NCBI GenBank assembly: GCA_043739065.1 | Contig: JAYUEU010000192.1 | Span: 1-46,201 of the forward strand | DNA: 46,201 nucleotides | Direction of reading: 5' to 3' | DNA from: Synechococcales cyanobacterium | GTDB lineage: Bacteria; Cyanobacteriota; Cyanobacteriia; Leptolyngbyales; Leptolyngbyaceae | Shown here: positions 9,768 through 17,624 of the stretch, one piece after another | How positions within the stretch are numbered: the first letter of the stretch is position 1 | Layout: every line of letters begins with the position of its first letter | Notes under the pieces: generated by a model | What the model was told of the DNA's origin: nothing | The model's database searches: none | Seen by the model: only the letters and a program-made list of their open reading frames with translations | Position numbers and translations under genes: made by a program

Positions 9768-10673
9768 ATGCAAAAACTTGCGATCGCAGAGCGAGCAAGC
9801 TTAGTGGGTCATAGTGTCTCTCTAGCATTTGGACTCGCGGGCCTACTGATTGTTCTGCCCAGTCCAGAAATTATTGCAGCCCTTCCAGCCATTGGCCAGC
9901 AGGCATTCGGCTACAGTATGTCCGGCGGGGGTGTTGTGTACATTGTCCTCGGGGCAATTGTGATGTCTCTGTATGCCTACCGCGTCCTCGGAACAAAGCG
10001 CTGGCTGGGATTCATGGTGCCTGCTGTCGTGTTGTCCTTGGGGAGCGAACTTTTGGGAACCAGCACAGGGTTTCCGTTTGGGGCCTACAGCTATTTAAAT
10101 GGTCTCGGGTACAAGGTTGCAGGGCTGGTGCCATTTACCATTCCATTGTCGTGGTTTTATGTGGGGCTGGCTTGCTATGTCATCGCCCGGTCTGGCCTGG
10201 AGCAGTTTAAGCTGCCGACGTGGGTTCAGGCAGTGGGGAGTGTGTTTGTGGGTTCTGTGCTATTGACGGCCTGGGACTTTGTATTGGATCCGGCTATGAG
10301 TCAAGCGAATTACCCGTTCTGGCAGTTCCAGGATGTGGGCGAGCTGTTTGGGATGCCGTACCGAAACATTACGGGCTGGTTGGGTACGGGGATGGTGTTT
10401 ATGACTCCGGCGGCTTTGATGTGGGGTAACGAAAAACTCAATTTACGCCGATCGCAGCTTTTTACGCCCATGGCCGTTTATTTGATTAATTTTGCCTTTG
10501 GAGCGGCCATTACGTTGGCGCAACTTAATCAAAGCTTCTGGGTGATGATGGCGATTTCGGTGCTTTTGGGAGTAGTTCCAGCCATTTTGCTCTGGCGCAA
10601 GACTCCGATTTCGACTGTGGCTGATTTGGAAAATAGCTTAAAAAATACGCCGCAGGAGCCTGTGACGCTTTGA
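9768..10673 (+). CDS. cruF: carotenoid biosynthesis membrane protein (DUF422; gamma-carotene 1'-hydroxylase CruF-like)
   Basis: 301-aa polytopic ORF with WDFVLDPAMS. It is followed by a GT2 gene, the same adjacency as cruF-cruG of the myxoxanthophyll pathway. Confidence 0.7.
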   Translation: MQKLAIAERASLVGHSVSLAFGLAGLLIVLPSPEIIAALPAIGQQAFGYSMSGGGVVYIVLGAIVMSLYAYRVLGTKRWLGFMVPAVVLSLGSELLGTSTGFPFGAYSYLNGLGYKVAGLVPFTIPLSWFYVGLACYVIARSGLEQFKLPTWVQAVGSVFVGSVLLTAWDFVLDPAMSQANYPFWQFQDVGELFGMPYRNITGWLGTGMVFMTPAALMWGNEKLNLRRSQLFTPMAVYLINFAFGAAITLAQLNQSFWVMMAISVLLGVVPAILLWRKTPISTVADLENSLKNTPQEPVTL

Positions 10674-11869
10674 GCCAATCTCTGAGTCAATTTTATTTAG
10701 CCGCGATAGTCTTTTTACTATTGAGCGCGCAGATTCCAGCGGTGTTGCTATTGCTCTCGCGGATGATGCGCGGTCCCTTTCGCCATCCACCGCTTAAGCC
10801 TAAGCTCAACCCATGCGATCGGCCCAAGACCGTTAGCGTTGTCGTTCCTACATTGAATGAGGTAGAACGGTTGTCGCCTTGCTTAGAAGGACTGGGAGCG
10901 CAAGATTCGACCCTGAGGGAAGTGCTGGTGGTGGATAGCCGATCGACCGATGGAACGGGGAATTTGGTGTTGGCGGCAAAGGAGAAGGACGATCGGTTCC
11001 AACTGATGGAAGATCCGTTGTTGCCGTCCGATTGGGTTGGGCGACCTTGGGCCTTGCACAATGGCTTTTTGGCGACGAGTCCTGAGAGTGAATGGGTTTT
11101 GGGAATCGATGCCGATACGCAGCCTCAGCCGGGATTGATTGCCAGTTTGGTCGAAGTCGCGGAAAAAGGGAATTATGATTTAATTTCTCTTTCTCCACGT
11201 TTTATCTTAAAAAAACCGGGCGAAATCTGGCTCCAACCTGCTCTGCTGATGACCTTGGTCTATCGATTTGGGGCGGCGGGGGAAACGGGCAACGATGCCA
11301 ATCGCGTTATGGCCAATGGGCAATGCTTTCTGTGTCGCCGATCGCTTCTAGTTGCTTTAGATGGGTACACCACGGCCCGCAGCTCATTTTGTGATGATGT
11401 CACGCTGGCCCGGAATGCCGCAGCCCAAGGCGCAAAGGTTGCCTTTTTAGATGGTGCGAAGGTCTTGAAGGTGCGGATGTATGACGGGATGGCTGAGACT
11501 TGGAGAGAGTGGGGTCGATCGTTGGATTTAAAAGATGCAGCAGAACCTGGTCAAGTTTGGGCGGATCTAATATTTTTGGGATTAGTACAAGGCTTGCCAC
11601 TGGTGTTGCTCGTTTTCGCAAGCGGTTTATGGCTCAGCGGTATGACAACTTTGACCGTGTTGGGCTTATTCGTGACGAATTTGGTTTTAGTGGTGATGCG
11701 ATTTGCGCTGTTGTTTGCGATCGCTCCATCCTATGATCTCAGCTCGGCAAGCGGGAAATGGTTATTTTGGCTATCTCCCTTTGCGGATCCAGCGGCAGTC
11801 TATCGCATTTTTCTATCGTCAACTCGGCAACCTAAACAGTGGCGGGGTCGGAGCTATGGAGCGATGTAA
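10670..11869 (+). CDS. cruG: family-2 glycosyltransferase (CruG-like 2'-O-glycosyltransferase)
   Basis: 399-aa ORF with VSVVVPTLNE...VLVVDSRSTDGT. Its TTG start overlaps the cruF TGA (TTGA), suggesting translational coupling. Confidence 0.65.
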   Translation: MSQSLSQFYLAAIVFLLLSAQIPAVLLLLSRMMRGPFRHPPLKPKLNPCDRPKTVSVVVPTLNEVERLSPCLEGLGAQDSTLREVLVVDSRSTDGTGNLVLAAKEKDDRFQLMEDPLLPSDWVGRPWALHNGFLATSPESEWVLGIDADTQPQPGLIASLVEVAEKGNYDLISLSPRFILKKPGEIWLQPALLMTLVYRFGAAGETGNDANRVMANGQCFLCRRSLLVALDGYTTARSSFCDDVTLARNAAAQGAKVAFLDGAKVLKVRMYDGMAETWREWGRSLDLKDAAEPGQVWADLIFLGLVQGLPLVLLVFASGLWLSGMTTLTVLGLFVTNLVLVVMRFALLFAIAPSYDLSSASGKWLFWLSPFADPAAVYRIFLSSTRQPKQWRGRSYGAM

Positions 11870-12010
11870 CACGAGTTTAAATATGTCAGATTGTTGCGGC
11901 GGTGGAATTCTAGAGGGCGATCGCCAGCCATCATAGTAAAGTGAGGATCGGCGGTCAGAGTTTATCTTTCGATCGCTTTAATCTTTTTGACCAAAATGGG
12001 GAATACACTC

Positions 12011-12250
12011 ATGGTTCAGCGTGGTTCTAAAGTTCGCATTCTGCGGAAAGAGTCTTACTGGTATAACGACATCGGTACCGTCGCATCGATCGATGCAAGC
12101 GGCATCAAATACAATGTGGTTGTTCGGTTTGATAAAGTAAACTACACCGGTTTCAGCGGTAGCCCATCCGGGGTTAATACCAACAATTTCGGCACGAGTG
12201 AACTCGTCGAGGTCGAAGCGCCACCAGCAGCAAAAGCAAAAAAAGCATAG
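12011..12250 (+). CDS. psaE: photosystem I reaction centre subunit IV PsaE
   Basis: [28 protein letters not shown]...[12 protein letters not shown]...NNF is canonical PsaE. I prefer the ATG at 12011 to the TTG at 11987 given in the ORF track. Confidence 0.93.
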   Translation: MVQRGSKVRILRKESYWYNDIGTVASIDASGIKYNVVVRFDKVNYTGFSGSPSGVNTNNFGTSELVEVEAPPAAKAKKA

Positions 12251-12293
12251 ATTCGTCTATTCTCTATTTGCTCAATACTGGTTTCATCAAACC

Positions 12294-12345
12294 AAAAGGG
12301 ACTTCAATCATTACGATCGGAGTCCCTTTTGATTTGGTGATTTTG
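12294..12345 (+). terminator. rho-independent terminator of psaE
   Basis: Perfect 10-bp stem AAAAGGGACT (12294-12303) / AGTCCCTTTT (12321-12330), followed by T-rich sequence. Confidence 0.7.
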
Positions 12346-12362
12346 TTTGTTACTGTTTGTGA

Positions 12363-12488
12363 ATTAGTCATTCAAACTATGGAAGTGCGATCGATTTGGC
12401 AAACAATCTAATTCTGGTAACGCATAATACACAAGAGTTCGAGCATGTGAATGGGTTGCAACTTGAAGATTGGGAGATAGTAGTTTGA
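12363..12488 (+). pseudogene. C-terminal remnant of a PIN-domain VapC toxin
   Basis: The frame translates to ...GSAIDLANNLILVTHNTQEFEHVNGLQLEDWEIVV*, the typical VapC C-terminus (LVT.N..dF..i.gL.lEdW). An in-frame TGA lies just upstream, and there is no N-terminal PIN half or antitoxin. Confidence 0.55.
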
Positions 12489-12680
12489 GTAAAGAAGAAT
12501 TTTTTGCAATTCAACCGTGAAAATTTTGTAAGGGGCAATCGAGGTTGTATTGGTAAAGCCTATGTCAGCTTTGTATAAAGATTTGTCCTACTGCTTGCTC
12601 CATTTACTGACGTGTAGGTTTTTTACCGTATACATAATGACATGATCAAGCAAATAAAATAAAACATTCACTCAAGTAGT

Positions 12681-13058
12681 ATGTCTGAGAACTCCAGTAT
12701 TAAATTGACGATCGCCTTCAATGACCCGGATTTGGACAATGAAGACCTAGAAGCGCAAGCCCAAAACCTGTTGATTCAAATGAGAGACTTGGACGAAATT
12801 GAAACAGTCGATCGGGTACTTGATCCGAATCCACCGGAAGGAAACAAAGCTGTGGGCGCAGTTTTGGTGGGACTGTTGACGGCTCAGGTGAGTAAAGAGA
12901 ATGTTCAAAAGGTCATGGGATTTTTGGGCGATCGTTTGGGTAATAAGCCGATCGAATTAGAAGTAGAAGCCAACGGCAAAAAGCTAAAGGTTTCAGCCCA
13001 TAGTCGAGAAGAGTTAGAAGCGGCGATCGAAGCAGCACAGAAGTTTGTAGTAGCATAG
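12681..13058 (+). CDS. small acidic protein, EACC1-like (effector-associated constant component)
   Basis: 125-aa ORF with the pattern DLDNEDLEAQAQNLL.QMRDLDEIE.V......PPEGNKAVGAVLVGLL....... followed by IELEVEANGKKLKVSAHSREELEAAI. This matches my recollection of EACC1 proteins encoded next to caspase/trypsin effectors. It ends 10 nt before the caspase gene. Confidence 0.5.
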   Translation: MSENSSIKLTIAFNDPDLDNEDLEAQAQNLLIQMRDLDEIETVDRVLDPNPPEGNKAVGAVLVGLLTAQVSKENVQKVMGFLGDRLGNKPIELEVEANGKKLKVSAHSREELEAAIEAAQKFVVA

Positions 13059-13068
13059 GAAAACAGAC

Positions 13069-15006
13069 ATGGTGAAGGTCGCATTGCTGATTGGGGTTGG
13101 GAATTACGAGTATCCGCATGATGTGATGCCGTTGGTGAGTGCGCCTAAAGATGTGGCAGCGATGCAGCGGATTCTCTTGAATCCTCAGATGGGGGACTTC
13201 TCTGAGGTTATACCGCTGATCGATCCTGACCCGATGCAAATGCAGGAAGCGATCGAAACGTTGTATCGCGATCGGGGAAAAGATGATCTCGTTCTACTAT
13301 TCTTCTCTGGTCATGGACTCAAAGATGATGGCGGCAAACTTTACTTTTCAACGCGATTAACCCGTAAAACGCTGAAAGGTGATCTAGTCAAATCGACAGC
13401 GGTGCCTGCCAGCTTTGTGCGAGAAATTATGGGCAACAGTCGATCGCGACGACAGGTCATGATTTTAGACTGTTGTTTTAGTGGAGCTTTTGACCCATCA
13501 CTTAATGCCAAGGATGATGGATCTCTGGATGTTCAAGGCCAACTCGGTGCAGAAGGGCGCGTTGTACTGACTTCTTCCAGTTCGACTCAGTATTCTTTTG
13601 AGCAACAAGGCTCAGAACTCTCGATCTACACGCGCTTTTTAGTCGAAGGGATTGAAACTGGCGCGGCGGATCGGGATAGCGATGGCAATGTTTCGGTGCG
13701 GGAATTGCATGAGTATGCGACCCAGAAGGTGCACGAGGCTGCACCAAAGATGAATCCCAAAATCATTGTGCTGAAGGATGAAGGTTTTGATGTGGTGTTT
13801 GCGAAGGCGCAAATTACTGATCCGAAGCTAAGGTACCGTAAGGAAGCAGAACGTTATTCAATGCGGGGCGAAATCTCTCCAGCCGGCCGGACGTTGCTTA
13901 ATACGCTGCGAGAGCGACTGGCGCTAACATTTGAAGAAACCCAAGAAATTGAAGATCAGATTTTACAACCGTTTCGGGAGCGTTTGCAGCATTTAGAGAC
14001 CTATCGCTCGACCTTTGTTGCAGAAGTCGAGCGTCAATATCCTTTTATGCAAGAAACTATCAATGAGTTGAAAGACTTACGGGAGATTCTGGGACTGAGA
14101 AAAGAGGATGTTACACCGGTTGAACAAGAAGTTATCTCGCAAATTGTTAGCAAGTCAGAAGCTTATCGACAAAAGCTACAACGGTATGAGCAAGAATTCA
14201 TCAGAGCTATTCAGGCTGAGTTTCCATTGAGTCAACCTGTTAGTGAGGGATTAAACAAGTTTCAAGCTGAATTGGGATTGATCGATGAGGATGTGGTACA
14301 AATCAAGCGCCCCATTCTTGAGCGTCGAGTTGCTGGGGATAAGCAACAAGAGTTAGAGCAGCAAAGGCAACAGGATTCAGAAAAAGTGCGACAACCAAAC
14401 GGGGCAATGCAAAGGCTGAAGGAAGATCATCCTCAACCAGATTCTTCGGCACATATACCTGTTCGTTCTAGCAAGTCACTATTGGCTGGAGCCTGTCTTT
14501 TATCGATGCTTGTTGCCGGAGGTCTTTTCTATTTCAAATCGACTTATCCACAACCTCAATCTGATGTTCAAGAATCGTCTAATTCTTCTGTTACATCAAC
14601 TCCCATAACTTCTCTGCCTTCTCCTCCTAAGCTAATAACTTCTCCATCTCCACAAGTCATTTTACCTAATACTCCTGTTTCTTCTTTATCACCACCTACT
14701 CCAAACCAAATTCTTACCCCAACACCAGTAGCTCGTCATCCGCCCACTCCAACTGTTCTACCTTTAAACGAGCGTAGGTACACAACTATTGAGACTGATG
14801 ATCACAAGATCGAGGTGCGAGAGACCCCTAAAACAGAGACTAAAAAATTTCTGACGCTAAAAGAAAATACAAATGTATTTTGTAGAGAGATAACGACAAC
14901 GGGTGAGAATGTTACGGTTAAAAATAAGTCTAGCGATCAGTGGAGATTCTGCCAAATGCCTGATAACTCTCATGGCTTCATCCACTCACTTCTCCTTACT
15001 CCTTAG
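13069..15006 (+). CDS. peptidase C14 caspase-family protein (orthocaspase) with helical repeats, a TM segment, a Pro/Ser/Thr linker and a C-terminal small beta domain
   Basis: VALLIGVGNYEY..., LLFFSGHGLKDDGGKLYF (His) and MILDCCFSGAF (Cys) form the caspase dyad. Three LGL..EE-type helical repeats occupy aa 270-420, and the TM segment is LLAGACLLSMLVAGGLFYF. Confidence 0.85.
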   Translation: MVKVALLIGVGNYEYPHDVMPLVSAPKDVAAMQRILLNPQMGDFSEVIPLIDPDPMQMQEAIETLYRDRGKDDLVLLFFSGHGLKDDGGKLYFSTRLTRKTLKGDLVKSTAVPASFVREIMGNSRSRRQVMILDCCFSGAFDPSLNAKDDGSLDVQGQLGAEGRVVLTSSSSTQYSFEQQGSELSIYTRFLVEGIETGAADRDSDGNVSVRELHEYATQKVHEAAPKMNPKIIVLKDEGFDVVFAKAQITDPKLRYRKEAERYSMRGEISPAGRTLLNTLRERLALTFEETQEIEDQILQPFRERLQHLETYRSTFVAEVERQYPFMQETINELKDLREILGLRKEDVTPVEQEVISQIVSKSEAYRQKLQRYEQEFIRAIQAEFPLSQPVSEGLNKFQAELGLIDEDVVQIKRPILERRVAGDKQQELEQQRQQDSEKVRQPNGAMQRLKEDHPQPDSSAHIPVRSSKSLLAGACLLSMLVAGGLFYFKSTYPQPQSDVQESSNSSVTSTPITSLPSPPKLITSPSPQVILPNTPVSSLSPPTPNQILTPTPVARHPPTPTVLPLNERRYTTIETDDHKIEVRETPKTETKKFLTLKENTNVFCREITTTGENVTVKNKSSDQWRFCQMPDNSHGFIHSLLLTP

Positions 15007-15063
15007 ACCTACATCTCCTTAAAAGGGCGTTTGAAAGGCCCCTGAGTCGCTAGCAAAAAGCTC

Positions 15064-15094
15064 GATCCCCTAAATTCTCCTTAGCAACGGTGAC
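15064..15094. repeat. solo, degenerate arm of the GATCCCCTAA-type hairpin element
   Basis: GATCCCCTAAATTCTCCTTAGCAACGGTGAC resembles the termini of the elements at 29939-30081 and 44106-44217. Confidence 0.35.
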
Positions 15095-15245
15095 TTTGAT
15101 CCGAATGCTGATTCCTTTTTTTTTAAGAACAGAACGATCAGGTCTCGATTGTCACAACCTTTTTCGGACTATGGTGAGTATTATCTTAGATTTCATAGAA
15201 AATTGTATTTTGTAATAAACTAATTGACCTTTAGTTAACTTCTAT

Positions 15246-15971
15246 GTGTCTTCTATTTCCATGAAAATTAATCGTCGATCGCTGCTGATTCCTTGGGCTT
15301 TGCTGATTGCTTTGTTTGTGGTGATGATTCGACAATCGGTGAGTTATGGGATAACGCGATTGACGATCGTCCTAATAGGAACTGTAGTTATTGCGGGATT
15401 GCTTTATTTTTTGTGGAAGCAAACGATCGTGCGGTGGAGTACGATCGCATTTCTTACAGGCTTTAGTATTTTTCTGATGTTGCCGGGGAATCTGGTGGCA
15501 GGCAAAGATTTACAACCGAACTATGGCGCAATGCTCAGGAGTTATAAGGGTGTGCCCTATGTCTTGGGCGGGGAAAATCACTTTGGGATTGATAGCTCAG
15601 GATTAGTGCGGGAGGGATTGATTCAGGCGAACCTGCATTATGGCTTTGAGACCTTAAATCCGGCATTAATTCGGCGAGGACTGGAGATGTGGTGGTTTGA
15701 TGGGGCGGCAGATGCGCTATTAGGGGAATATCGTGGTTATACACAGCGTCAGTTTGCGGCGGTGAGCATCAATGCGCTTGACCACAGTCGGATTAAGCTA
15801 GGCGACTTAGCTGCGACCAGTGACGGAGAATATATTCTGGCGTACTTGGGCAATAAACAATGGATTGAAGCTGACCCGAATTTACGCAAAGTAGTGATTG
15901 AGTCAGTACCCACCACTAATCCATGGTTTAATACTGCCGTCGAGATTTTGCGGTGGCGGCAATTTATATAA
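15246..15971 (+). CDS. membrane-anchored NlpC/P60-like protein with substituted catalytic residues
   Basis: 241-aa ORF (GTG at 15246; alternative ATG at 15261). YKGVPYVLGGENHFGIDSSGLV matches the NlpC/P60 'Y.wGG...G.DCSG' motif but has Ser where the nucleophile Cys should be. Confidence 0.5.
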   Translation: MSSISMKINRRSLLIPWALLIALFVVMIRQSVSYGITRLTIVLIGTVVIAGLLYFLWKQTIVRWSTIAFLTGFSIFLMLPGNLVAGKDLQPNYGAMLRSYKGVPYVLGGENHFGIDSSGLVREGLIQANLHYGFETLNPALIRRGLEMWWFDGAADALLGEYRGYTQRQFAAVSINALDHSRIKLGDLAATSDGEYILAYLGNKQWIEADPNLRKVVIESVPTTNPWFNTAVEILRWRQFI

Positions 15972-16641
15972 GCGTTGTGTCGGAACGCTGTTTCTGCTTA
16001 CGCTCATAAAACTGACAAGCAAGCTGCCCCAGCCCAAACAATAGCGTCGCATTCCCCGCACTGCCCACCGCCGCACCCAAAACCGGAATCACCTCCACCA
16101 CGCTCATCCCCGCCTTCAGTACACCGCTGCTTCCCGTTGCTAATCCCCAAATAGCCAGAACCTCACCCCGCCGAGTCGGATCAGTCGGCGCAAACCCATA
16201 GATCGCCGCAATCCGATAAATCATTTCCGCTTGCAACGCCGCGATCGCCCCCAAATCGACAGCTAGCAACATCAACGCCAAAGGGGGCACAAAATTCGTC
16301 GCCAAACCAATTCCCGCAGCCTTCCACACCGTATCCATCACCACCCGCTGCGCCAACGAACCATCCGTATCCTGAGGATAGGTCCGTCGTAATTCCGCGC
16401 TCTCTCGCTGCACCACATTCACATCCACCTGCCCCAACGCCGCCATCACCCAACTTCCCCCCGGCACCTTCGTCACAAATTGCATTATCGGGTGAGTTGC
16501 CACAGGTTCTACCACCTGCCCGATCGTCTCTGTCCCCTGTTCCACAAATTCATGCAACCCATCTCCGATCTTCTGAGAAGTTTCCTCCACAAATCGGCTT
16601 ATATCTTGAAAAATACTAGAATTCGGATTTGTCATAGCCAA
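15964..16641 (-). CDS. hypothetical protein, possibly EcsC-like
   Basis: 225-aa ORF with a Gly/Ala-rich hydrophobic core and LQAEMIYRIAAIYGF. The family call is from memory only. Confidence 0.4.
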   Translation of the reverse strand: MAMTNPNSSIFQDISRFVEETSQKIGDGLHEFVEQGTETIGQVVEPVATHPIMQFVTKVPGGSWVMAALGQVDVNVVQRESAELRRTYPQDTDGSLAQRVVMDTVWKAAGIGLATNFVPPLALMLLAVDLGAIAALQAEMIYRIAAIYGFAPTDPTRRGEVLAIWGLATGSSGVLKAGMSVVEVIPVLGAAVGSAGNATLLFGLGQLACQFYERKQKQRSDTTLI

Positions 16642-16748
16642 AGAATGATGGTGCTGAGTAATAGACGTTATAGCAGTTCCAAACCGAGTGAAGTATAGAC
16701 TGTCTCAACGGAAACTAGGCGAACATTGGCGATTTGTTTCAACTCTAA

Positions 16749-17549
16749 TTATTGATTTTGTCCAGATTGGATTTGGAGAATTTGGTCTAGGGACAGTTCC
16801 GTCAGGCGAGCGATCGCATTCAAGCTAATCCCTTCATTAAGCATCGCTAAAACCATCTCCTTCCGTAATGCTTGGCGACCTTTGGCTTCACCCTTCGCTT
16901 CACCCTTCGCTTCACCTTCTTGAAAAATTTCTTGATAGATTACGGATTCTCGCATGATGTCCTCTCGGAAAATACGTTTAAGAATGCTCTTATCGTACTT
17001 CAAACCCGCCATGAGCTGCACGTAGGACGAGACTTGACTTTTTTCTTCAACGGACTCAATTCGATCGATCCGCTCTGATATTTGTTGCAATAATGCGTCA
17101 GATTTTTCTATTTGAGTCAAGGCGGCAAACGGTAACAAAACGGGATCATTCAAAAATAACTCGGTGTCCTGTTCCCACATTTTTACCACAGTAAATTCAT
17201 GAGATGTGGATCCAATTTTAAACCTATTTTCAATGATAGTTTCAGCGGACGGCGGGAGTAGGACCACAACAATTTGGATAATCGGAATACCGTAAAGACG
17301 ATAGAGACGAACCCAGTAATCCAACATTCGCAAGGGCATCGGTGGAATAATCGGCCATTGAGTTTGGAATTCGATGTGAAGAATGTGGCCTTCTGTTTTG
17401 AAAAAAGTGACGGAATCGGCTCGAATCGGTTCAATACTGAGTTCGGTTTTGAGAATGGTAATTTCATCAGGAATATGACCCAAAAGCCAATTGGCAAAAG
17501 GTTTTGGATGTTTTTCAGCAAGCAATTTACAGAGATTATCGAAGGACAT
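16749..17549 (-). CDS. Rpn-family recombination-promoting nuclease / putative transposase (PD-(D/E)XK, DUF4351 tail)
   Basis: 266-aa ORF with the N-terminus FDNLCKLLAEKHPKPFANWLLG...EFQT typical of cyanobacterial Rpn/YhgA-like proteins. It contains a 12-bp x3 repeat encoding EAKGEAKGEAKG. Confidence 0.7.
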   Translation of the reverse strand: MSFDNLCKLLAEKHPKPFANWLLGHIPDEITILKTELSIEPIRADSVTFFKTEGHILHIEFQTQWPIIPPMPLRMLDYWVRLYRLYGIPIIQIVVVLLPPSAETIIENRFKIGSTSHEFTVVKMWEQDTELFLNDPVLLPFAALTQIEKSDALLQQISERIDRIESVEEKSQVSSYVQLMAGLKYDKSILKRIFREDIMRESVIYQEIFQEGEAKGEAKGEAKGRQALRKEMVLAMLNEGISLNAIARLTELSLDQILQIQSGQNQ

Positions 17550-17624
17550 GACAGCACCCGAAATTTACGCTCCCGACTTCCACACCCGTGGAACATCTAA
17601 AAGCCACAACTAAACGTCAAACAT

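Noticed and set aside
16881-16916. 12-bp x3 tandem repeat in the Rpn-like gene.
   Set aside because: It is in-frame and encodes the low-complexity EAKGEAKGEAKG within the coding region. It is probably slippage-prone but not a separate regulatory feature.
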